Assembly (NCBI RefSeq): GCF_006345805.1
Contig: NC_043019.1
Coordinates: forward strand, 22,195,360 to 22,259,359
Source: Octopus sinensis
Lineage: Eukaryota
Reading direction: 5' to 3'
Length of the DNA: 64,000 nt
Shown here: positions 11,661-23,263 of the stretch, in pieces
Layout of the letters: each line of letters opens with the position of its first letter
How positions within the stretch are numbered: the first letter of the stretch is position 1
The notes under the pieces: generated by a model
Seen by the model: only the letters and a program-made list of their open reading frames with translations
Told to the model about the DNA's origin: nothing
The model's database searches: none
Position numbers and translations under genes: made by a program

Positions 11661-12070
11661 GGATCTTTTCGGTTTGGATGGCAATTTTTTCTAGCGGTGT
11701 CATATGAAATTGTCACCCATAATTATGACCCTAGTATCGATCTATTGCATTTCAATCTGTCTTAGGGTTAGGATTAGAGTTAGGGGTGGGGGAAGGGTAT
11801 CTCTTTTCTTCAGAAATGTAAATAAACCCAATCTGTTTCTTAAACGAGGGACATATTCATACGGCACAAAATGTTTTCACCTCAATAGACGTCATTGATT
11901 GGTTGAAATTGAAGAAGAAAAAACAAATATCTTACAAATTATAGAATTTTCTCAATAAAGCCAAGAGAAAAAGATGTTTTATAAACACATTCTACCAGTA
12001 TACGAAGTTTAAAAGTGTTTAGTTACGCGGAAATTATTTTAAAAAACTGTCGTTCAAACCGAAAAGATCC
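11661..12070. mobile_element. MITE with GGATCTTTTCGGTTTG TIRs (Merlin-like)
   Basis: ~30-bp imperfect TIRs; second copy in opposite orientation at 53497-53918. Confidence 0.8.
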
Positions 12071-12359
12071 GAAATAGTCATTAATAGTTAAATTGAGGAG
12101 AAATTTTGTTGAGGGAAGCGTTTTTTTTGTTTTGTTTTGTTATTTTTTCAGTTTTGTTTTTATTTATTTTTCTTTTTATGTATTTCGTGTTTGTTTTGCC
12201 GTGACAGGAAGCGAAATAAATAAACAAATAACTAAGTATGTAAACAAACAAGTAAACAAATAAAAAAAATGAAATTACATAAACAAACAAACAAATAAAA
12301 AGTAAAAAAAAAAAATAAACGAAGACATTTACAAGAATCTAGTTTTGTTGTGTGCGAAC

Positions 12360-12389
12360 TACGTCACTTCCGATCCTCGTCCTACGTCA
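12360..12389 (+). promoter_or_regulatory. Candidate RNF146 promoter: CRE half-sites and ETS site
   Basis: TACGTCACTTCCG (overlapping CRE-half/ETS) and a second TACGTCA in a locally CpG-rich stretch ~500 bp upstream of the ATG. Confidence 0.45.
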
Positions 12390-12891
12390 TCGCTCGAATG
12401 TCGATTTCCCAGAAATCAGATTAACACCGATTCTCATATTTCTGATGTTTTGTCTCTAAAATCCGAAATTTAATATCGTTGTCGTACCGTTGACCCGTCG
12501 TCCGGCAAACGGACATGTTAATTATACCTTCAGGTTAATAACAAACGGTCGAGGTTGTTACTTCAGTCCTCATTACCGGCGGAAAGGAGCGAGGTTCAGT
12601 TATCAAAAAAAGTAAACAGGACAGACCAAGTGTTTTAAAAACAAACAAGTCTTGGGGTATATATACATATAAGCCCTGTAATATATAAGTAACAACATCA
12701 ATAATAGCTGTAATAACTACAGTGAAGGGCGATAGAGCTTCAGTAATAACGACGACCAGCAAGAAATACACCTCAGTAGTGGTGGACATCTACTTGTGGC
12801 AAACATTGATAAAATTTAAACAACACCAACTTCGGGGACTTTATTTTGGATTTGGATTAACAACGAGTTTCCAGCACCACAGTTTGTTCGA

Positions 12892-12997
12892 ATGGATGAT
12901 GTTAATTTGAATAACTGCCTCCAGAATCAGAACTGGGATGGTGGTAATGAGAAGAGGGCCAACATAGATGTAGTTGTTGAAGAACATCAAGATGAAG
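12892..12997 (+). CDS. RNF146: RNF146 coding exon 1
   Basis: ATG...GATGAAG|GTAAGT perfect donor; 106 nt, phase 1; G+AA joins exon 2 in frame. Confidence 0.72.
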
Positions 12998-14445
12998 GTA
13001 AGTATCAACATTATTTTTTTTACGTTACCTCTAAAGAAAGTGCTTATGTATATATATATATGCACATGTATATATAAGTACATACATACATACGCATGTA
13101 TACATACACACACACACACACACATATATATAAATAACCCCCCACGCAGATTATTAAAGCCTTGTAAGTGGAAGTGGTAAACGGAAATTGTCTATGTATG
13201 TATGTATGTCACCCACCCTATTCTTGTCAACCAACCGGTGTTGGTTTGTTTACGTCCCCGTAACTTAGCAGTTCGCCAAAATGACCTGCAGGACAAGTGC
13301 CAGACTTTTTTTTCGACTAAACTCTTCGAAAGTGGCTGCAGTCTTATAACTAAAACCAAGTTACATACATACACACGCTCTTAACGTATATTTTAGCTCA
13401 GAGATTGTGGTGTGTATAGGCAGTACCACCACAGTTTGATGCTTTAGCGACTTTGTTTCCACTTCACTTTCTAAAAAAAAAAAGAATGTATATTTTTAAA
13501 TGGCATATTTTAGAAATGCGTCTTCGAAAGTGTAGATTACCATTGTGATGAAGAAATGGAGAGAAAAACAAAAACAAAACATTTTTAAAGATATTCAGTT
13601 CTACCTTTAGTCGCTATTTGTTACCATTAGTTTCCGAAACTTAAGCATTTTCCACTTTTTTTTCCCAGGTTTGTATGTTTAAAACCTCAATACAATCATA
13701 ATCTATACGCCCGAAAACGTATTTCTACAAAATATTGTTTAAAAATATCCCCTTATTTCTTTATGGCCCACAAGGGGCTAAACGTAGAGGGGACAAACAA
13801 GGACTAAGTCGATTACATTGACCCTAGTGCGTAAGTGGTACTTAATTTATCGACCCCCAAAGGATGACCTCGGCAGAATTTGAACTCATAACGTAACGGC
13901 AGACGAAACACCTATTTCTTTACTACCCACAAGGGGCTAAACACAGAGGAGACAAACAGACGGATTAAGTCGATTATATCAACCCCAGTGCGTAACTGGT
14001 ACTTATTTAATCGACCCCGAAAGGATGAAATGCAAAGTCGACCTCGGCGGAATTTGAACTCAGAACGTAGCGGCAGACGAAATACCTCTGAGCATTTCGC
14101 CCGGCTTGCTAACGTGTCTGCCAGCTCGCCATTTAACATCCCCATTTAAAGAGAGTTATGAGGAAACCACTCCAGGTGATGGGAATTATGCACAACTTGA
14201 TGGGGGATCTCTTAGTGTTATCAACATAATCGTAATCCGCCATGTGCGCCTATATTTATATCTATTTATATTTATTTATTCATATCCTCTTATAATGATT
14301 GTACCTATTGTATTGTATTACTCATTCATGTACGCTGTTTTGTTTAACCTTAATGTTCTTATGTAGTGGTTCAATAAAGTATGTGATTGGGTATTATCTG
14401 ATAGTTGATTAATGATTTAGATGTATTTCTCCATTTTCTGATTTT

Positions 14446-14446
14446 G

Positions 14447-14478
<32 letters not shown>

Positions 14479-14504
14479 TGTGTGTGTATATATATATACA
14501 CACG

Positions 14505-14543
<39 letters not shown>

Positions 14544-14651
14544 CACACACGCGTGTGTATATATATTATATACACACACGCGTGTGTATATATATATATT
14601 ATATATACACACACGCGTGTGTGTGTATATATATATACACACACGCGTGTG

Positions 14652-14682
<31 letters not shown>

Positions 14683-14777
14683 GCGTGTGTGTGTATATAT
14701 ATATAATATATATATATATATACACACGCGTGTGTATATATATATATATATATAATATATATATACACACGCGTGTG

Positions 14778-14817
<40 letters not shown>

Positions 14818-14827
14818 GCGTGGTGTG

Positions 14828-14862
<35 letters not shown>

Positions 14863-14904
14863 GCGTGTGTATATATATATAATATATACACACACGCGTG
14901 TGTG

Positions 14905-14935
<31 letters not shown>

Positions 14936-15119
14936 GCGTGTGTGGTATATATATATATATACACACGCGTGTGTGTATATATATATATATATTATATATA
15001 TATATATACACACACGCGTGTGTATATATATATATAACACACACGCGTGTGTATATATATATATATATATATACACACACGCGTGTGTGTGTATATATAT
15101 ATACACACACACGCGTGTG

Positions 15120-15150
<31 letters not shown>

Positions 15151-15199
15151 GCGTGTGTGTGTATATATATATATTATATATATATATATATACACACGC

Positions 15200-15237
<38 letters not shown>

Positions 15238-15239
15238 GC

Positions 15240-15286
<47 letters not shown>

Positions 15287-15292
15287 CGTGTG

Positions 15293-15324
<32 letters not shown>

Positions 15325-15470
15325 CGTGTGTATATATATATATATATACACACACGCGTGTGTGTGTATAATATATATATATATATACACACACACGCGT
15401 GTGTGTATATTATATATATATACACACGCGTGTGTGTGTATATATATATATGTATATATATATACACACG

Positions 15471-15515
<45 letters not shown>

Positions 15516-15517
15516 GC

Positions 15518-15548
<31 letters not shown>

Positions 15549-15600
15549 CACGCGTGTGTGTGTGTGTATATATATATATACACGCGTGTGTGTGTGTGTG
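14446..15600. repeat. Compound palindromic microsatellite (TA)n(CA)nCG CG(TG)n(TA)n
   Basis: About 30 units centred on CACGCGTG over ~1.15 kb in the RNF146 intron. Confidence 0.95.
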
Positions 15601-15738
15601 CTTGCGCTTATCGTTTGATATACCACGCTTAATCGATGCTGGTTTGATTACGTCCTCCCACTTAATTCTATCCCGGTACAGATTCCATCAAGTACCGAAC
15701 ATAAAATAAATACTAAAGTTGATTTTGATCGACCAAAC

Positions 15739-15897
15739 CAGGCACGGGCAACCTTTTACAAGAAGCGGGCCTCGTGAGACATGACTCATTATCAGGCGGG
15801 CCTCACTACTAAAAAATAAATTTTAAAAAATTGAGGTAATTTTCCGTTTAGGTGTGCCATTCAGAAAGTCCCGCAGGCTGCCGTTTGCCCATGACTG
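15739..15897. mobile_element. hAT-type MITE inserted in a SINE
   Basis: TIR CAGGCACGGGCAA / TTGCCCATGACTG; degenerate 8-bp TSD GACCAAAC/GACTGAGC. Confidence 0.6.
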
Positions 15898-16388
15898 GAC
15901 TGAGCCCTTGATGACGGAGCCTTTAGTATAGTCCAATGACTGAAGCAACACACTCGCATCTATATTTATGTCAGCATGCGTGAATGGGTCAAACGAAATT
16001 TCCTCGGGACAGTTTTTTTATTAACGCCCGACGCTCTTCCTTTTGCCAGCCCTTATCTCTTTCTAAGCAAAGTAATGTTTTTGCCGAAGATTACTGACAA
16101 ATGAACGTCATTTCTGTGGCGTTGGTTTTTGAAGAGGGATTATGCATGCTCAAACAAGCATAAAATAAACTTTTGTTATCTTCTACAAAATCTCACTTCC
16201 TCAAGGCATTGAATGCGCACCTGTGAGTAAAGAATACAAATGAACTAAGGGAAATAACTCAAAGTGCTAGTTGCATGCATTTCACCAACTAAACCTATCT
16301 GATTTACTAGGTATCAATATTTATTGAAACTTTTTACTAAGTTTCCAACAATACTACATTTCCGAGTGATTATACATACACACACATA

Positions 16389-17174
16389 CAGGGTGCGATG
16401 GGTAAATTGTCGCCATTTTATATTTTTAATTTTGCATATTGTTTTTGATTTTGTTGACTACACAGTATGGTAGGGTCAGTTGGGCACCGTCTATGAGAAA
16501 ACTAGCACCATGACGCAATTCACTCTGCCAGAAATTTGGAAACTGCATGCTGTACTGCTTGGCATTCACGCCAGAAGCTCCAATGCAAACATTTCAGAGT
16601 GTTTGGGTGTCAATCTGAATACATGTACCGAGAGATAAAAATCAAACATCCAATCAACATCATGGTGTTTGGAGGGATCACTAGTGCTGGTGATGCTATG
16701 CCTCTGTTCTTCTTTCCACACGGAGGCCTACATAAAGTACCTGGAGGAGGTGAAGAGAGTGGTTGCTGGAAGACCCTATGTCTGGCAACAGGACTCTGCA
16801 CCATACCACACAGGTAGGAGGACCCAGTCATGGCTGTCAGACAATTTCTGCAACCACATCACCCCTAACATCTGGCCACCTAACTCCCCAGACTGCAACC
16901 CTTTTGATTATTATATGTGGGACGCAGTTGAGCGAGAGACCCAAAAAAATTCCTTGTAACACCAAAGATGAACTGAAGGCAAGGATTATGGCAGCATTCA
17001 CCAACTTAAACAAGGAGACTGTCTAGAAGATTTGGAGGAAATTCTGAAGTTGTCTGGAGGCCATGGTTGAAGCCAATGACGATTTTATTGAATAAATTTA
17101 CTCTTTAGTATTTCAAGATATTTTTATGTAATTTTAGTAAATATATCAGTGTTATTTTCAGTTTTGCGTAATTT
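16389..17174 (+). mobile_element. Tc1/mariner maT (DD37D) transposon remnant
   Basis: TA|CAGGGTG start; WQQDSAPYH...WPPNSPDCNPFD with 37 residues between 2nd and 3rd Asp; frameshifted, right TIR missing. Confidence 0.85.
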
Positions 17175-17969
17175 AAAATGTAGAGCATTTTAAATTGATG
17201 TAATGTTTACATTGTTCAATTAAATGGAGTCGCGTGAAACAATCGTACTGCATTACCTCTGAATATCCTTGTTGCTTATTTTGATTTTATATATATATAT
17301 AAAAGGATAAGCAAGTTATCTTTGCATTTAATCCTCTACCTGTTCAAGTTTAAATCTCTTGAGCTCTACAAAGTGTATTCTATATGGAGAATATCTCTCT
17401 CTCATAAACTATACACACACACACACAAACACAGACATATATCTCAATAGTGCTGGCTGGTGGCACAAAAAAAAAGCACCCACTATATTTCTGTAAAGTG
17501 GTTGGCATTAAGAAGGGTACCCAGCTGTAGAAACCATGCCAAAATAAACACTAGAGCACAATGCAGTCCTGACAATCAGTGTCGGTTTGTTTACCTCCCT
17601 GTAGCTTAGTGGGTCTGCTAAAGAGACTTATAGAATAAATACCAATCTTAAAAAGGGAAAAAAAATAATATACTGGAGTTGATTTGTTTGACTAAATCCT
17701 ATGACTTTACAGTCAGTTGCCTGTCATCCATCTCTGGGATTGATTTTGTTCAACTAAATCCATCAACGGTGTTCCTTAGTATGGCCACAGTCCAGTAACT
17801 GAAACAAAAGATAAAGGATATCATTTTGGCAGGGTTTTGGAAGAGCTCTTTCTCAAAGTCTCACATGAAAGGAAAAGGTAGTTTGTTTTGTTTTTTCTTT
17901 GTTTATTTTCTTTCTTTTTCTCTATTGTCTTTCACTCTTGTTCATCAGCACTTTTCTTTATATTTCCAG

Positions 17970-18673
17970 AAATGCTCCCCATTAATACTCCTGAAAAGTT
18001 TGAATGTGCAATCTGCCTGCACCCTTGCGAATATCCCGTGCAGCTTCCGTGCAAACATATTTTCTGCTTCCTGTGCATGAAAGGGTCTGCAAAACAAAGC
18101 CAGCGCTGTGCTCTGTGTCGGCAAGAAATTCCTGACAGTTGTTTCTTGAACCCTCCCCTGTTGAATGAGGAACAACTTGAAAAGACTGTCACCTTTGACA
18201 AAAACTACCAATGGTTCTATGAGGGTCGCAATGGCTGGTGGCAGTATGATGAACGAACGAGCAGAGAGATGGAGCAGCGCTACAAGACCAACGAGACCAG
18301 CTTTGATTTACTAATTGCTGGCTACGTCTACACAATAGACTTTGAGAAAAACATCCAATACAGGCAAGACAATCCTATGAAGAGACGTCAGATCAAAAGA
18401 GACTTTGTTAACATACCTGAAAAGAAGGGCATTGCTGGCATAAAGCTAAACCAGAGTTCACAAGGACGTCCTGGGCCATTGGGTGGTGAGATCCCATCTA
18501 TGGTGTCGAGGTTAGATTCAAATGCTTGTGATGACAGTGTCATGTCACCTCCTGCCCCTAACAACACTCCACAAAGTCCTGCCAATAGCCCATTACATTC
18601 TACATTTTCTTCTGAACAAGACCTTTCTTTACACTTAGAGAATCTACAACTAACTGAGTCCCACTCAACGTAG
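17970..18673 (+). CDS. RNF146: RNF146 coding exon 2: C3HC4 RING + WWE, PAR-dependent E3 ligase (269 aa spliced)
   Basis: CAICLHPCEYPVQLPCKHIFCFLCMKG..RCALCRQEIP; WFYEGRNGWWQYDERTS; LIAGYVY..QYR..RRQIKRD..KKGIAG; acceptor tatttcCAG ends 17969; TAG ends 18673. Confidence 0.95.
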
Positions 18674-18728
18674 CAACTACATCAAGCTATTCTAAAGCAA
18701 CCATTTGCTGAAAGAATAGGAAATTTAA

Positions 18729-18926
18729 CCCTTTTGGTAGTAACCTACCTGATACTGCCCTTCTAAGTTTTATGAAACAAATTCACTGTTATTAAACTAA
18801 TCTAAATGAAATCTTCCATCAAAATTTCAAGTTAATTTATGTTCCAAACACCAAATTAATAGTGATAAAGTTATTTTAATTGAAATAAGGGCACTGTATA
18901 ACCACATAAATATGGCAACAAAAGGG
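18729..18926. mobile_element. Old piggyBac-type MITE in RNF146 3' UTR
   Basis: TTAA-CCCTTTTG ... CAAAAGGG-TTTA; internal AAATCTTCCA / AATTTATGTTCC shared with the 6237 and 46259 copies. Confidence 0.6.
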
Positions 18927-19394
18927 TTTACTAATTCTTCTTCTTATTCTAATCTTTTCTTTTCCTTAAAATTTTTAATAACATTTTCTATTTTTATTGT
19001 TTGAGAAAGAGAGAGAGAAAGAGAGAAAGTGAAAAAAACAACAATCAACAAGCAATCAATGTGTATTGCAATTTCTTATAAGAATTGGCAGGCTGAGGAG
19101 ACAAGGAACTGTTTACTTGTTGGAATTGAGGAAAAAAAAAATACAAAAAAATATTTCTTATAGTTTTGTTTGTTTTTCTTTATCTTTCTACATTCTCACC
19201 TTTAAATCTGTCCAAGTTGTTAATCTTATTCTTTGCTCACATCCCTATTATATAACATGTAATGTTTTCTATAAAAATAGAACAAATCTTCCCTCTGTTG
19301 TTGTGACTCATTTTCATTTGAATTAACACTAATTGATGATGTATTTCTTGATTATTTAGGTTTCATATGTATGTATGTGAAGTTTTGAAGCTTC

Positions 19395-19400
19395 AATAAA
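19395..19400 (+). promoter_or_regulatory. Candidate RNF146 polyadenylation signal
   Basis: AATAAA preceded by TGTA motifs, ~720 nt after the stop, at the end of unique sequence. Confidence 0.5.
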
Positions 19401-19410
19401 ATGCATGCAC

Positions 19411-19446
<36 letters not shown>

Positions 19447-19452
19447 AATATA

Positions 19453-20073
19453 TCATCATCATCATCGTTTAACGTCCGCTTTCCATGCTAGCATGGGTTG
19501 GACGGTTCAACTGGGGTCTGGGGAGCCCGACGGCTGCACCAGGCCAGTCAGATCTGGCCCTTCCTAACACCAACCACTCCGAGAGTGTAGTGATTTTATG
19601 TGCCACCGACACAGGTGCCAGACGAGGCTGGCGAACGGCCACGCTCGGATGGTGTTTTTTTGTGTGCCACCGACACAGATGCCAGACGAGGCTGGCAGAC
19701 GGCCACGCTCGGATGGTGTTGTTTATGTGCCACCGACACAGGTGCCAGACGAGGCTGGCGAACGGCCACAATCGGATGGTGTTTGTTATGTGCCCACAGC
19801 ACGGAGGCCAGTCGATGCGGTACTGGCTACGCCCACATTCGGATGGTTTTCTTATGTGCCACCGGCACTGGTACCGCAAAGATACAAATTCCATTGATGT
19901 TCATCTATTTTGATTTGGTTTGATTTTCACTTGCCTCAACAGGTCTTCACAAGTGTCACAAGAAGGAAGGTATGCACAGGTGGACTGACTACGTCCCAGG
20001 TAGGGGCCACGGGTTATGGCCTCACTAGTCTTGCTGGGTCTTCTCACGCACAGCATACTTCCATAGGTCTCGG
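19453..20073 (-). mobile_element. 5'-truncated RTE LINE (ORF end + tandem-repeat 3' UTR + (GAT)n tail)
   Basis: RDLWKYAVREKTRQ ORF end at ~20030-20073; ~60-bp internal repeats; shorter 3'-UTR copies at ~22156-22525, 37510-37830, 43543-43770, 45045-45410 (+), 51910-52240. Confidence 0.75.
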
Positions 20074-20160
20074 TATATAATAATAATAATAATATTAGGG
20101 AGTAAATCCAAACTTACAGGGAAAATTAGATTTAGGATTAAATTCAATTTTAAAGTATAA

Positions 20161-20671
20161 ATATATATTATATTAAATTAGAGATAAAACCACTATTAGG
20201 CAAATCAAACAGTGAAAATCATAAACCAATACATAGAAATAAAATTAATTAAAAAATATATAAAAATATAAAATATAAAAATCCAATTAAAATATTTAAA
20301 AGTTAAAATTTAAAAAAAATATTTTAATTAATAATTTAAACTTATAAATTATAATATATATACATTTTTATTATTATTTTATTTAATTATTTTTTTATTT
20401 ATTTCAATAAATTTATTTCTTTATTTATTATTTAAATAAAAAAAATTATTAAATAAAATAATAATAAAAATATATATATATTTATAATTTATAAGTTTAA
20501 ATTATTAATTTAAATAATTTTTTAAAATTTTAACTTTAATTTAAATATTTTAATTGGATTTTTATATTTTATATATTTTTTAATTAATTTTATTTCTATG
20601 TATTGGCTTATGATTTTCACTGTTTGATTTGCCTAATAGTGGTTTTATCTCTAATTTAATATAATATATAT
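20161..20671. repeat. AT-rich ~510-bp palindrome
   Basis: AAATTAGAGATAAAACCACTATTAGGCAAATCAAACAGTGAAAATCATAA mirrored at 20607-20657; arms continue to a centre near 20410. Confidence 0.85.
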
Positions 20672-21310
20672 ATATATATGATGGAACCTCCCTTCGAAGA
20701 GTGTTCAGTATTTGCTGAATGACCTGCACAAAGGATTTGTTTATAATGGTCAAATGTGTGTGCTGTACACTAGCTCACTACTGCCATCAAATCGATGTTA
20801 CCTGGACAGGTGTATGATGTGCCACACAACAGGTGTTGAAATAATTGCAGAGCAACACGAGATGAAGTGTTTTACTCAAGACCACCACACATCACCTGCT
20901 TCAGGAATTGAAACTGCAGTTGTGAGTGTAATACAGCAACCACTAAGCCATGTGCTCTCAATTCATACAACACACACACACACTTCTTGTAACTTGGCAG
21001 TTCAAGTTCAACAAGTAGGCATATGTACAGTGTGTCCGTAAAGTCATGGAACTTCAAAACTATTTTTTGATGTAGCTTCCATTCTTGCCTACACATCTAA
21101 TCAATACTCCAGTTGGATGAGTGAAGAAAACTTCATGGACACACTGTGTGTGTGTGTGTGTGTGTGTGTGTATTTATTTGTTTATTATACATGAATGTCG
21201 TTGATTAGTGAATTTGAAATTTCAACCAATTAGGCCATTGTTAGCAGTCCAACAATGGTTTAACTGGCTGAAATTTCAGTCGCTGTCAACAACATTCATG
21301 GATAAAAATA

Positions 21311-21700
21311 CTAGCAGTATCGCCTGGCGTTGCTTGGGTTTGTTTCGACCCTTTAGAATTGGAATTTTTGAAAGGTAAAAATTTTGCATTATGCAGCTTG
21401 TTATTCTCTTTAACTGAACATTTTTCTGGTTGAAATACACCGAAAAATGGCGACACAGCAGTCAAAATATCATTAAAAAATAGGGATTTTCATAGAAAAA
21501 AAGGATCTTTTTGATGTAAATAATTTTTGGTGTTAACATGGTCCGATTTGAATTTTATCTTCTATGGAAGGAAGACCAAGCATTCTATCATACTCTCAAT
21601 TTTGGTCAACTGGCTCCGCAGGGTCTCGGAGGAGATAGTGTTAGTTGAAGGCTACCAAACCTGCCATACACAGACAACTTCAGCTTTATGTATAGAGAGA
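21311..21700 (-). mobile_element. Non-autonomous Helitron, different internal sequence
   Basis: Same 3' hairpin + GATACTGCTAG end and 5'-TC, A|T insertion; body unrelated to the 9846 family. Confidence 0.7.
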
Positions 21701-22909
21701 TTAAATTTGTGCTCCACAAATTAATGTAAAATGGCTGCAGTCCAGTGACAGAAAGAAGTAAAAACAATATGTGTGTGTGGTTAAAACTGATGGCCCATGT
21801 GGTTAAGAAGTTAGCTTCAGAACTATTTGTCTTTGAGGCTGATCCCACTACACAGCATTTTGGGTAGATGTCTTCTACACTGCCACAGCATGGCTGATGA
21901 GCAATGATGGATGGAATTCCATTGACTCTAGAAAGATTAGCGACAAAGTTAACTTTGGTAGGGTTCAAAATCAGACATGGAAAGGAATTGTAACTTGACA
22001 CTGAATGACAGACATGGTCTGGGATTCCAGGAATAAGACAAATGATGACTGGAAATGAAACTAATTAAAACTGTTGATAACTGATTTTAGCCATTCTTCA
22101 GTCATGTCAGAGCACTACCTTAAAGGTAATTAGTCATTACACACAAGTGAATGTTCATCATCGTCATCGTTTAGCATCTGCTTTCCATGCTGGCATGGGT
22201 TGGACGGTGCAACTGGGGTCTGGGAAGCCAGAAGGCTGCACCGGGCCCAGTCTGATCTGGCAATGTTTCTACAGCTGGATGCCCTTCCTAACACCAACCA
22301 CTCCATGAGTGTAGTGGGTGCTTTTTACGTGCCAGACGAGGCTGGCAAATGGCCACGATCGGATGGTGCTTTTTACGTGCCACTGGCACGGAGGCCAGGC
22401 AAGGCTGGCAACGGCCACGATCGGATGGTGCCAGTCGGGGCGGCGCTGGCAACGGTCACGTTTGGATGATTCTCTTATGTGCCACCGGCACTGGTATCAC
22501 AGCTACAATTTCCATTGATGTTGATCACATCTCACCTGAAGGAAATCAACGAACTGGAAAAAACTTTTTAAATGTTAATCTAATTTAACTCCCCGTCTCT
22601 CAGATGTCTATCATTTTTTGATTTGTTAATCTGTTTCTATTGATTAATTGCTTTTTTTTTTTATAATCTGCACATCTTCAGTTGTAATCAATGATCAATA
22701 TAGATGTGTCTTCGAGAGAGAGAAAGGATAAATAAATAACGTCTCTTCTCCTGGGGGCTGGGCTTTGTTGTCACTGGTGGAGATCGTTATGATATCAGAC
22801 TTGTTTCAGTGAATGAAATGGTTGGTGTTTTGTATCCTCATTAATGAGCACCACATCACTGTGGAATGGTGTAAAGGACATTTTTTAGTATCTCTATCTT
22901 CCAAGACTA

Positions 22910-23263
22910 TGTAACCTGGCAAATGGATCGAAGCCCCAACTTCTACACGCATAGTAACTGCTCTCCTCTTTGTCCTAACTTCATTAACACAGAACGAACT
23001 GGTATTTATCTCTATCTTGTGTAAAGCATTCTAGAGGCTTCAGAAGAACATCCAAAAGACTGTGTCACGAGACCTTAACCAAAGGCCATGATTGGTTGGC
23101 TTTGGACAGTGGCGCGAAATAAAGTAGAGACAAACCGCGCCACATGTCAACCAATCAGATCAGTGGACACAACAGGAACAACCCAGCCAAAGATGGCTGT
23201 AATCTCAAACGAGATCATTCCTGCTGTGTCTCTCGGACAGTGAGGATATCAGCTACCGCTACA
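22910..23263. mobile_element. Solo LTR (Gypsy-like)
   Basis: TGTAAC...GCTACA termini with 4-bp TSD ACTA (22906-22909, 23264-23267). Confidence 0.6.

Noticed and set aside
11762-11786. TTAGGG-like telomeric repeats
   Set aside because: Internal part of the MITE, also present in the 53497 copy.
14405-15709. Long ORFs (up to 325 aa) of Y/I/H/T/V/C
   Set aside because: Translations of dinucleotide microsatellite; the same applies to 61039-61599 and 63226-63932.
19590-19870. Regularly spaced repeats resembling a CRISPR array
   Set aside because: Whole units repeat with no unique spacers; eukaryotic LINE 3' UTR; no cas genes.
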